Source: Trichosphaerium sp. ATCC 40318 (lineage: Eukaryota; Protista; Tubulinea). From it: a stretch of 64,000 nt of DNA. The notes beneath the pieces were generated by a model. It made no database searches. It was not told the origin of the DNA and was given only the letters and a program-made list of their open reading frames with translations. Position 1 is the stretch's first letter; each line of letters begins with the position of its first letter. The stretch lies in contig JALMLS010000208.1 in assembly GCA_038496445.1 (NCBI GenBank), positions 124,001-188,000 of the forward strand, read 5' to 3'. A program made the translations under genes and the position numbers. Shown here one piece after another: positions 49,935 to 63,200 of this stretch.

Positions 49935-51500
49935 ATGACATCCAAACGTCGGGTACTACCCTTTTTACCCTATTCTTAGTTTACTCTAACTGTCACTTGT
50001 TTTTTTCAGGTTAACCTTTCGGATTTTGATAATAACAATCTATTACGCCTTCCCCTTGAGCTACAGCTTGATATTATTGATTTAGATTTTGACATTTACT
50101 TAAAGTGGCCTCTATTATCTAAAACGTCGGCTACTACAACGAGGTTTGATAGCGAGTTAAAAAAGCAAGGAAAATGGTTTAAGAAAAAGAAAGACTTTCA
50201 CGTGCTACAAGCTCAACAAATTCAGAAGTACAAAGAGTGGTCTATGTATGGCCCTCTATTGGTTCATTGTTATTACCTCAATGGTAAACTTGATGGAGAG
50301 ATTAAACGTTGGTATTCAAGCGGTCAACTGAAGGTTCATTGCAAATATGTAAACGGCAACCTTGATGGGGAATACAAGAGTTGGTATGAAAATGGATATT
50401 TAAAGAAGTGGTACGATAGTGGTCAATTAGAAGCAGAACGTCATTATGCCAATGGTACACTTGATGGAGAAAGTAAACATTGGTATCAGAATGGTCAAAT
50501 GAAGGTTCATCGCTATTACGTAAATGGGGAACTTGATGGGGAATACAAGAGCTGGCATGATAATGGTCAATTAAAAGAGAAGTGTGAATACGTTAATGGC
50601 AGACAAAACAATAAATATATGAGTTGGTATGTGAACGGTCAGTTGAAGATGCAACATTATTTCATCAATTGTTTAAGTCAAGGAGAGCATAAGAGTTGGT
50701 ATGAAACAGGTCAATTGGAAGTTCTGAGTTTTTTCTTAAACGGTAAGCAAGTTGGAGAACACAAAGAGTGGTATATACATGGTCAGATAAAAACAAAAAG
50801 TACTTGCCTTAATGGTAGTCTCCATGGAGAATTAACAAAATGGCATGGAGACGGTAGATTGAGAGAGCAGTGCACATACAAAAAAGGTGAACAAAATGGA
50901 TATTTAAAGAAGTGGTACAATAATGGTCAGTTAGAAGCAGAGTATCACTATACTAATGGTACACTTGATGGAGAAAGTAAACAGTGGTATTCAAGCGGTC
51001 AACTGAAGGTTCATTGCTACTATGTAAATGGCAAGCTTCAAGGGGAATGTAAAAGGTGGTATGACAATAGTCAATTGCAAGAGATGAGTGAATACGTCAA
51101 TGGTAAACAAAGTGGTGAATACATGAGTTGGTATGCCAATGGTCAAATGGAAAAGATGGTTCATCATAACAATGGCGAATTTAAAGCATGGCATACCAAC
51201 GGTCAACTAAAAACGCAATACCATTATGTCAACAGAATACGTCAGGGCGGTCACAAGAGTTGGTATTTGAATGGTGTGTTGAGGACACAGTATCATTTTG
51301 TCAATAACAAAATAGAAGGAGAGTACAAGAGTTGGTATAATAATGGCCAGTTGGATATTCATTGTACGTATGTCAATGGTAAACGAGATGGGGAGTATAA
51401 GCATTGGTACAAAAATGGACAATTTGGAGAGCATCGTCACTATGTCAATGGTAAAATAGAAGAATACAAAAGTTGGCCTCATAACCCTTTTTATGTGTGA
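49935..51500 (+). CDS. F-box-like + MORN_2 repeat protein (one 5' intron)
   Basis: MTSKRR/VNLSDFDNNNLLRLPLELQLDII, in frame with the 50202-51500 repeat ORF (GEYKSWYxNGQL). Paralog of the 19074 gene. Confidence 0.85.
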
Positions 51501-52334
51501 ACACCTGGAAGGATCGAAGTATGAAATCATCAATTTGTAATTGATAAGTGGGTACCAATCCTCGGTAGCTAGAACAGTTTTGTATTCTAATAAATATTTG
51601 TTGTGTACTGATTGTTTCTTATTTGTCAACCTTTTCTTTGCAAAAAAAACATGGATTTTTGTTAATCTTTTTGACAAAGGCTTGAGCGCTCTTTCCACTG
51701 TTCACAATCTTAAGCTTGAAGGTTGAAAAAGATAACAAATGAGGCGTCAAATCGCTGAGAGTTTATACACTTAGCATATCAATGTACTTTAAACTGAACT
51801 CAGTGACATGCTTGTATCCTACCATGACCGTTCCCAGCGAAAATCGATGTGTACTATTATTTCTTTAGCGCAGAGTAAATGCACGAACATGTTAAAACAA
51901 CATTTCACGTGTTTGAATTCGTGAGACCGTGATCAACTCTCAAATGCCATGGATGCCCTTTGACTGGGTACAAATATACACTATATTAGCGCTATTGATA
52001 GCCACTAAGTCATTGTGTTTCCTCCCAAAACATCGTGTATAAGTTAGTCTGGATCAGGCTCAATGGTTATTCTAACTTTGAAGTCATAACAAAATGCTAT
52101 TTTATTTATATGTACGCATACCACTGTATCGTACAATTTATGTTTGAATGTCAGTATTAGTTTTTATTTGGGTTTGGGTGGTTTGCTGTTGAAAGAAGGA
52201 AACTGAATGTAACCAAAAAGAGGAAAAAAATAGGAATCCGCTTAGCGTTTATGAAAAACCAGTCCTCCAAGTAGCCAATAGAATCAACCATGCTCAAGTT
52301 TAGTCTATGGTCTTATAGTATTAATTTTATAATT

Positions 52335-55300
52335 TTAATCCAAATGTAGTCCCATAGCTAGTAATAAAAGTAAACGTTTGACAAAAAAAACTTCAAAAAA
52401 GAAATCAAACATGGTGAAGAGCGTACTTTTTAAATACTCTGTTGTCTCTTCATATTCTCTCTTTTGTCTAGCTTTATCCCATCCTAACTCTTCTGACATT
52501 ATAGATATAACACGAGGTAATGATTCAAATGATCTAATATTAGAAATAAGAACAAGGTAACTCAAACAAACCAGGAAATGTTGAAAGAAAAACGCAATTA
52601 CGCATTAGAATCTAAAAATGCAAGTCTTGTCCTTCTAGCAAGCACGTCTGAGGCAGTCATAGCGAATTCATGTCTTACAGCATATACAACTTCAGCTTCT
52701 AGGTAAGGATATTCTCCGGAAGGATCAAGACGTTTACCAAGTTTCTAAAAAAACTTGTTTTAAAAAAACACATTCAAGTAGCTACAGCAACTAATTTAAC
52801 TTACTGGCCACCGCTTCCCTGTCTCTTTAGCAAGTTCGGCAATCATAAAAGCACGGTCTCCATATGAAGAAGATAAATGTTGTGCAACACTTTTCTCAAA
52901 ACCTGTAACAAAATAAGAAGAGAAAGAGGAACAAACACAAAAAGTTGTTTTCTCATTAAAAACATACCACACTGTTGAATCAAACGAATAGGAAGTGTAG
53001 AAGAGTAATTCGCTGCTCCTAAAAGTCTTATCTTCTCTGTAACACAATTTGTATGCTTTAAAGGATTCAAGTCAAACTCTGTTATAGCTCTATCAACAGC
53101 ATCTTGTGCCATTCTCCTATTATACAAAATAAACCAAATACTCACTTAAAAGAACAAAAAACACTTGTTTCTTTGACATGCCTGTATGTAGTCCACTTGC
53201 CTCCAGCGACAGTCATGAGCCTCTTAGGACTCATAGTAATTAGATGATTTCTTACAAGTTCTTGGGTATCTGTTGTTGAAGGATCTTTAACCAAAGGTCT
53301 GATACCTTTATACTGTAAGTAAACACAGAAGAACGTTTATGGAGTACTATTTAAACGTACCCGACCAAGCTGCTAAAATATCGTCCTTCGTCAATTTGAT
53401 ATCTGGATGCTATAAATATGTAAATATTCTATCCTTTAAGGAGAAGAGAAAACGTGAACCTCAAGTTCTTTGTTGACCATTGAGTTCGAAAATAATTTTG
53501 ATATAAAAATTAAAAAAAATCAAGAAACGTCATCACGTGAACGAACCAAATAGCTTTGTACTTCTCCAAGAACAAAATCAACTTCTGCTTCTGTTGGGGA
53601 AGGATGTTGTTTGATTTCTACTGGTACATCTGTCGTTCCAGCAACTACATTTCCCTTTGGTTGAAAGAGTAAGTATTGGCTTTGCGATTGGGTTCTGAAC
53701 TATTACCTCCCATGGCAAGAAGAAAATAACACGTCCGTCAGATGAAGCAGGGTCCAAAAGGCCCATATCTGGTGGTGTGAAATATTTTGGTAGTACAATA
53801 TGTACTCCCTGAGAAGGTACTGAACAATAAAGTTAATATGAGATAAATCAGTAAATGTAGTTTTGTTAATCAACGTCAACTTGAGCGTACCAACAATATC
53901 AACATGTTCACCACCTTCCATCTTTCGCACTGGATCAGCATATGGTCCAGTAGCATTTACGACACCCTGAATTATATCAGTAAGGTAGTACATAATGATA
54001 AACACAAAAGTGTATAACAAGGCGTGTATGAACAAGGTTTAAAAAAAATAGTGTACCTTTGCTTTTATTGTCCATGAGTCGCCATCTATCATATCTTTCA
54101 CTTTTACACCAACAATTTTCTCTGATCCATCTTCCATTCTCTCACCAACCAAATCTGTTACCTGGAAAGTGAAGAGATAAGTAACAGAAAACTAATGTAA
54201 GTCTAATTATACCTCTACATGATTTGCGAGGTTAGCGCCAAGAGCAGAAGCAGTGCAAGCAAGTACAACATTCACTCTAGAATCGTTCATTTGCCCATCA
54301 TAATAAACCATTGCTCCTTTCAGATTATCCTTCTTAATCTAGATAAAACGTGAATAAATCGAAGCACAAGTTCAAAGAAAAAAAGAAGAACAAGAATTCT
54401 GCTTTCTGTTTTCCAGATCGACCCAAAAGCTTGGGTTGGAGCGCTATAAATAAGCAGATAAAATATATCTCTCTCGGTAACCAATAAATTGATAATGTAC
54501 CATTGGAAACTTTTGTAGTGCTCTGGAAGGAAACATAAAATACGATTGTGGTAATCGTCTTTTTCCAGCTACCAAATCATACATTTTAGATCCACCAAAG
54601 TAGTATGGAACGCGCCAATACCTTAATAAAACAATAAACAATACAAACTCTAAAGATAAATCATACAAATAAACACCTCAATCGACTGGTTTTTTCACAC
54701 AAAGCAAAGTTCCAAAGGGGCAAAAAAGGAAGTTAAATTTTTACCAAAAATATTTTTACGTAAAAAAAAACACCAAAACAGTTCTTTGTCTCCAACTCTC
54801 ACATTTTGACATGTGGAATGCAATTGATATAAACCATTGTACGTACTGGTAGATAGGTATCATAATAGGTATTAAATTAGTCAGATGTGGGGCTGTACGT
54901 AGAAATGTGTAACGCTCATGTAAAGCTTCTTGTACAAGCTTAAATTGCCGAAAGTCGAAGTTTAAGAAAGCTTTCTCCAAATAGCGTACACCTCCATGAA
55001 CGAGCTTTGTTGAGCGACTACTTGTACCAGAGCTAAAATCTACGCGTGTTTAGCACAGAGAAATGGCTGTACACTTTCGGGAACGGCGTTCAAAATATTA
55101 GAGCTAGAGTGCCCAAGACCTTTTCTAATCGATAATTCATGTGTCTACAGGCAAGGCGTACCTTCTCTTTCAAGCAATGCTACAGAAAGGCCTCTAGACG
55201 CGGCATCAAGCGCGATACCGCATCCAGTAGCGCCTCCGCCTATTACTACAAGGTCGTAGAGATTTCCAGACTTTAAAGATGTCAATTGCTCCACTCTGGT

Positions 55301-55453
55301 TGGTACGCGCTCAGGTACAGGCAAAAACTCTGATTCCGCTGCTTGGGAAGTCATTGTGCTCCATTGCTTGGCTAGAAGCAATAAACTAAACACAGACGAA
55401 CCAGCTACTGCGCCAACAGCAAACCTGTTATGTAACCACGCGTTACCGAACAT
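52335..55453 (-). CDS. GPD2: Mitochondrial FAD-dependent glycerol-3-phosphate dehydrogenase
   Basis: [90 protein letters not shown]. No EF-hand tail. Confidence 0.95.
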
Positions 55454-55970
55454 AGTTAGGGATATTAGCGATTTTTGACGGGATGTTGACTCGTATACCG
55501 TAACAACATTCACCCACTCAAACGTAGCCATGCTTCATACCGCGAGACGCAAAAATATCCAATTCTACAATAATGGCTGTCTAGTTTTTTTAATCTGCAA
55601 CTCGTGATCGGCTACAAGTCCTTTCGCGTAGCGCGTATTACGTACAGCATTGAAAACGGATCTTTTGATTATAGGACAACGTAAAAAGGTTTTTTTGCGC
55701 TTACTTTGGTAGTTTCTCGTTCTGTTTCGTTTGACAGCCACTTTGATGCCGTTTACGTTGTATCAAAGACATTCGTTGCTTTGACGTCTAGAACTGCCCT
55801 ATCACGTGACATTAACTACATGGGAGCGATATCTCGCCAAGAGTACTAGATAGAGTTAATTCTAACCCAGTTTAAACGTAACAGTTCGACCAATAACAAA
55901 TTGTGCGGAAATATCTCAGCGTTTAATATTTTCTTCAATTTGCTCTGTGCTCAACTAAACCGCAGTGTAA

Positions 55971-56669
55971 ATGGCAACATATCAGCTGTGGCGCTATGCC
56001 AGAGTTAAAAGCGGCAAACAGCGACAATTCGCAAAGTTTGAAGGTGTCCCTAAACCAAAAACCGAGGAGGGATGGAAGAACGTATGGAAGGCGCATAAAA
56101 TAGAAATACCAGCAGTTTCTAAGCTTACTTTACAATGGTCACGCAAAGGAAAGGGTAATACTGGCGCAAGGTTAGTATATACGCTAGTAGCGAGCTAAAT
56201 CAATAACAAAATGATTAGATATTTCAAATACTACAGCGTCCCACCAATTAAACACTGGAACCCAAATATTACCGTAGAATACAGTAAAGAGATTGAGAAT
56301 GCGATAACACCTACATTGACAATAGAAACTTGTACGTGCTCTACTACGATACATAACACGCCAAATCCTCTATCAACGCTTGATTTGCGAACATAGTACA
56401 AAGTTAATCATACCTCATCTATTTCAATGACATTTGAGCGTAGAGACATTTTATAGGCGTAGGTAGAGTATTTCTTCCACTAAACGCGCCGTTAAACCAA
56501 CAGAGATATCAATTATAATTAATCAACATTTTTAGTCTCTGGTGCCACCCACAAGGTTGATATTGAAGGAATGCATGTCGATAAAATAGTTAAACGCGTT
56601 CAGCAGCTCAATGATGCAGAAAAACCGCCTTCACAATCAGAATCTGCCAAGCAAGCGAAGAAAGAATAA
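55971..56669 (+). CDS. Mitoribosomal L51/S25/CI-B8-family protein (mS25/mL61-like)
   Basis: Spliced KLTLQWSRKGKGNTGAR/YFKYYSVPPIKHWNPNITVE...PTLTIET/..HKVDIEGMHVDKI. Confidence 0.7.
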
Positions 56670-57205
56670 GAATCTCAAACAAAATGCACTAGAGAAGCCT
56701 CTCGAATATTTCTTTTTGAATCAACCTTATATATACCACCAATAATAATGGTGAACATGGCCAATCATTTTTTTTCTTGCTACAACCTGCAGAAGATGAA
56801 AAAATTCTTGTATTTATAAATTGTTTGGCCCAAAACAATTTTTTATTATCTTTTCTTTAAGGGCGTCCTTAACTCTTTGAGTGCTATTGCGCCCTCGATT
56901 TACATTAACACTACTATGTGTATTATGTATTAACAGTGTTGATATATATTGTGCAGGATTACAAAGACAGCATGAGTTGAATTCAGTGCTTCGCTATTAA
57001 AGACATAACAAGCTAACGTTTCAAGCAGAAAAAGTACTAGTCTTTCAAGAATTAAGCACGTGTTTATTCCATTGCTGATATCGCGCTTGGCCAATAGTTC
57101 AGCAAGGTGCTTTACTTGATGGCAAAAAACATGTGATATCTCCAAAAGAAGCGTTCTTGTAAAAGTTTCTTTGAACAAATCCATTTAAAACAAAAAAGAT
57201 CGAAG

Positions 57206-60200
57206 ATGAGGGTGGCAACCTTACTCATCGCCGTATCATGCTTGTTGCTTTTTAGCACAATACAAGGCGCATGCCCTCACGCTGCCACCGGTCTGGCGGC
57301 TTGGGGTAAATGGTGTTTTTACTAAGGCGCTCATTTATAACATAAATCGTTTTAGAACCTTCCTGGAACGTAGAGAACGCTGTGGTTAATATTCCAAGTG
57401 GACAATCGTATTTACTTTCTTCAAGTCCTGGTGTGACACTAAAGAGCATATCTATTGATGGAACACTCATAATTGACAATAAACCTATCGACTTAGGTAC
57501 GTTTTGAGTACTTGTGGACGTTTTTTTCTTGTTTACACATTTTTTTGTTAGACGTTAATTGGATTCGCGTCAATGATGGCGGTATGCTCGTTATGGGCAG
57601 TGAGGACTGTAGAATTGATGAACAAATTACAATTACATTCCACGGCTCTAGACCTGCTATGGAAACGAACGATATGGGAAACGATCCTTTTGATAGCAGT
57701 AAGAGTGTTTTTTTGGCATTTTGGTCGTTAACCGTTATAAAAAGCCGAATTGGGTTCAAAGGGCTTAGCTATTGCTACGGGCGGTAAACTTTCAATCCAT
57801 GGACGCCTTGCAGAAAAGAGTTGGACGCATTTAGCAGAAACTGCTTTACCGGGAGCGACTATAATTAAACTAAGCGACGTAACTGGTTGGCGCGTTGGTA
57901 CGATAGTTCTAAAGAAATTTATTCAAACGAAGTTTTTTTTGTTTTCAGCTACTCGGCACTTCAATCACATCCTGATGTACAATATGTAGGTGATAGAATA
58001 GTTATAGCTACTACTGATTTCCATCAAACCGTACAGGACGATTTACACAGCTCTTTGAACTGGCTAAGAGGATATCCAAGTTTCCCACATCAAACAGAAA
58101 ACAGAACAATTACTGAAATAACTGGTACTTCTGTTACTTTAGATACACCTCTTGAGTATATGCATTGGGGCGTTGGTTATGAGAAAGCAGAAGTAGGTCT
58201 TTTAACGCGTCATATTGTGTTACAAGGTGAGTTCCGTTTTCTTTCTTATTTTTTTCTTTAAACTAATTGAAAAAAAAAGGTGATGAGCTCTCTGATGTTG
58301 ATGGGTACGCGTGCCTTGTTTTTTTGATGACTGAGATTTTAATTTGTTTTTAGATATGGCGGACATATGATTATACGCCGCGGTGAAGCGAAGATCTCCG
58401 GTGTTGAGTTTACAAGAATGGGCCAAAAAGGCATTAAAGCAAGGTATGTTATTGCACCAAAAACATTTTACTTACATACTTTGCAGATACCCTATTCATT
58501 TCCACTTGTTTGGAGATGCTTCATCGAGTGGCACTTATGCCAATAGTAACTCAATTCACCATTGTAATCAACGTTGTTTCGTAATTCATGGTAAGAACCA
58601 CCGCTAACAAATTTTTTGTTTTGTGCTTTGTTTTCGTCTAATAAGTTTAATAGAAACACATGGCGTTAGATGTATTGATAATGTTGCTTATGATACTTTC
58701 GGCCATTGTTTCTTTTTAGAGGATGGAGCTGAGAGAGATAATTATATTGCTGGAAACCTTGGTATTGATCCTAGACCTGTTGCTGATGATGATAATGCAC
58801 AAATTATTCCTAGTGATAGTTCACCATCTGTTTTCTGGTTAACCAGTACGTATCTCGCTATTTTAATCTACTTCAATATACCCACGAACCCCTCTTGATA
58901 TGTTGTGGCTATATATAACTTTATCGGACTGGTCGGTTTAACAAGGAGCTGAAAACTTTGTTGGAAAAGTTGTGGAAAATAATACTTTATTTAGATCCTG
59001 ACAACACCATTTTGGACAATACAGCTGTAGGAGGAAGATTTGGATTCTGGTTTATCTTACCTCAAGATGCTGTACGTTTATTGGTTGCCCAAACAATACT
59101 TCTGGTTCTTGCACCAGGTTGTATTCTTTATTTTGGACTTACTAGTTCTCGAATAGACTGGATTGGCTACTGCTATTTACGGAACAAACCACATTGAAAT
59201 TCGTCCTAGGTGGACACCTCTAGGCTTATTTTCTGGGAACATCGCTCACAGGCATGTATCGATCGCCAAACCATTACTAGACTCTTGTTAATAGCATTGC
59301 TATAGTGCTGCTGATACCGGATTTGAAATTGACTCATTTATGGATGACAAAGGTGTTCCTGGAGATAGAGGTCATTACGACCCACGTGAAGGGCCATTCA
59401 ATAAAACTTATAATGGTAATCCAGCAAGCGCTTACTCTTATAAGTGGGTACGCAAATGTGAAGTCGTGGGGTTTTTTAACGGTTTACAAGGTTGAACCTC
59501 ATTTCAAGAACTTGACTGCTTACAAATGCCGTGACTTTGGTGTTTGGGGAAAGAGTAACATGCACTTTTCTGGCCTTAAGCTTCTTGATAATAAGTTCGG
59601 AATAATGGTTAACGGAGAAAGAACTTTAATTGAAGACTCACTTTTTGTTGGAGAAACTGACAACACGCACGTGTTTTTTTATATTTTTTTTTTTTTGGTT
59701 CTTACTTGCGCTATAGAGGTTATAAGCTTTCACAATACTCTCATACACGTAGTTACCCTTATCCGTGGCAAAGCGATGCTGCAAAGATACTAATTGTACG
59801 AAGAAGTGTAGAAACTTTATCACCTCTTGCGATTTTTTGTTTTTTCTTGTAAGCTTTTCTGTTCTTACTTGATTTCAGGGCGGACACAGTAGTTATGATA
59901 ATGGCGGTCCACAATATGGTAGACGTAATAAATTCCAAAATTTTATTTCTACAGCTTTGAGACCAGCTGGATCTTTAGTTGTATTAAGAGGAGGTCCTTT
60001 TATGTTAGATACTAGGTATTTTTGTTTTAAATGGATGTTGTATGTGCTTGCTCACTTGTATCAAGGAATAAATACTGGGATATTACTTTCGAGAATGCTA
60101 ATGAGTTATACCTACAATATGGATCAAGAGATGCTGAGTATGGTGTAAACTGGTGCGAGACAATGAAGACGTGACAACAACCACCTTAAAAAAAATGATA

Positions 60201-63200
60201 GGATGGACATTGATGGATCTATCACGGGTAAGAAAAGACCAAGTTGGATTGTATCAGATAGAAACGCACCTCTTTTAACCGATGATTGTGAAAAAAGAAC
60301 TGATTGGAATGCTTGGGTTTGCCCAGCATTTAGGTAATGTTAAAACATCATATGTGGTATTCGCTAAAACGTGCTTAAATAGAGAGGGTTACGCTCAATT
60401 ATCAGTTTATGGTAGAGGTATGCCAAATGATCCTGAATGGAGGGTTAATAGAAGATGGACACGTTCTGAATGGTATCGTACTGATAAGCCTGATTCAATA
60501 TATAAAGGTCAAGGATGGGATGTTAACGGGAACTGGTAATTGATTTTCATTATATTTTTTTTGAGTTTATAAGAAGAAACAGTTTTGTTAACAATTCTGT
60601 ATTTTGCTTCAAGGCTTTGTTTCTCAGGATTCTGAGGCTTAGGGTTTTATTATTTTGATTCAATACTCAATCATACTCTTAAAAATTGTCATTACACTTG
60701 GCGGTTGTTTGACTGACAACGTTTTTTTTTGTTGTTTATGAGAAAAAAGTAGTATTTGGTTTCAGTACTATCTGCTTTTGATCGTCATCAAATTTATACG
60801 AAGTTATCTCTGACAGTTATTAATCTATAGGCAAGATATGAATAATATCATACCTAGAAATATATGGGCACTAAGATGGACTAAGAGCGAATTTGATTTA
60901 GAAAACAACTCACCAAATGAAGTCCGAGTATTCCTTCATTCTGCTATGCCAGGTGATTGGGTTATCATTGCATTACCTTATCCATCTTCCTCTTCATTTG
61001 AGATTATCCAGAAGAAGTATGACTCTGATCCAAACCCAGAAACATTCACAGAAGTCAACTCATTCTCAGACTTGAACCGATTCACTTACTATTATGACTC
61101 GCAATCACAACATCTATACTTTCTCATATATAACTGGAGACATGGGTATAACGTTCATTACGATCTATTGGATTATGAGAGTTATGGTGATACTGTCACT
61201 ATAACAGCGACTTGCCCTGGAGGTGTGTGCTCCGCACCAAATACAGTAGCAAGAAATTTCGATGTTAGATCATGGACTAGCACAGATTTCTATAAGGCGG
61301 ACTTACAAGCTTGCCAAGTTACTGATACACCACCTGTGACACTTGAAGGTGTTGCCTTCTTTGAGTTGGATATTGATTTAAAGACATTGAACTATCAAAT
61401 TCATCACAAGTGCGTCATGTTGGAAGATGTCTTTGTGTTAATTCTTCTTTTTTTCTAGTTTGGCCGAAGAAGCAACAAAAGTATTCTTCAGTGTTGGCGA
61501 AGTTGGTGAATCTGGATCTATTATTAATACAGTAACGTTACCTTCACCTCCAACTTCACCTGTTGCTAGCACATTTATTTTAAGTCACGACATGTGGAGT
61601 ACGTTCTTTGTAATTTGTTATCTAACTCAGTTAAATCATTAACGTTTTAAATTGTATTGTAACTGTCTAACCTTGAACCTAGCCTATCTTGCATCTGGTA
61701 AAGTCTACTTAACAGTAGCAACCGCACAATATCCTACTGGTGCTATTCGCGGACAAATAGGCTGTGACGAAGATACTTGCAGGTAAAACTAAATACTTTG
61801 TATTTTTGGGTTTTTTTTTCTTATTTATTTTACTCTAGTGCGCCAACACCTAAACCTGATATCTCAAAACCTTGTGAAGATTCTACTTCAGTAGTTCAAA
61901 ACATATTTACGGATGCAGCAGAGTACGTTAAACCACTAGTAAACTCTGACTTCGTGAGAAGGCTAACTTTTTTTTTCAATAGCGAAGCTTTTTATGACAA
62001 AGTAAGTTGTTGGAATTGTCCTGCCGAGGCTATTTCAAATATAACAGGATCAGGATTATGTGGTAATACATTATATCAAATTCTTTTTTTAAATCTAAAT
62101 TTATCTAAGGACAATACGGTGTAAAGGCAACAGGAGAGTCTCGTTGGGATAGAATAATTTTCTTGCCAAAATGGTCTGGAAGCGAATTCAAAAACACTAT
62201 GTTTATTGATGCTGCTACTCACAAGTATATTGAAGCTTTTGTAAAGCTTGGTGAAGGCCAAGGTCCTATTGATAATTTTTACAGTACGTTTAAAAAGAAT
62301 ATCATAAGGAGCAGCGCGTTTGGTTAAAGGCAGCAAAAAACGGCTATGTTGTTTTTACAGAAGTGTCTTATTTTTTTTTGGTTTTATTGTTTTATTCATT
62401 GAGTGCACCCTGTCAATACTTTTGGTATTAAACAACCATGTTGGAGTTCCTTATATTATAAGAACCGATATGTATCACATTCACTAGTGAGAGAACGCAC
62501 TAAACGCTTGAAACCACCAAGATTGTTTATGTTTGATTTAAAAGCATACTAACTTTTTTGCAGTCAACGTCAAAACAGAGGCACTTGGTGAACTCTTTTT
62601 GGATATTAAGGAACATCCTGAGTATGTAGAGAATTTTGTAATAGATGACACGAGATGGACACGTGTTCGTGTACCTTTAAAGGACTTTGAAGGATGGCCT
62701 TCTTCAGGACAAGTTCAGTTCCATTTCTTGGGTCTTTCAGTTCACCCGTTAAATACCAAAGTGACAACGTGGTACATTGATAATGTTCGATTCCTTGATG
62801 GAAGTAAGTACACGTTTTTATGATTATTATACTAATAAAATTTAACATAGCTGCTACTGATACTATGTTGACGTATGAACCTGGTTTACCTTATGATCCA
62901 AGTATTTGCGGAGGTACCCACTTGTTGGTTTTTTTTCAGAAAAAAATAAGAAAAACCTTGGAAGGCTTTTAAGAAGGAGATATCTTCCTACTCTGATACC
63001 TCTGATACTTTAGTACTTTTGGTCAAAGCTGTATAGCTTATGAATACTTAATATTATATTTGTGATTCGAAACACGTGCAAAGGTTGTTGACTTGTTGTA
63101 GTCGAAGCTCCTGTTCCTGTTCAAGATGTTGCTATTGAACCAATTCTGGAGTGTATTGAGCGATCAAATAATGAATATATTGCTCATATTGGTTATGATT

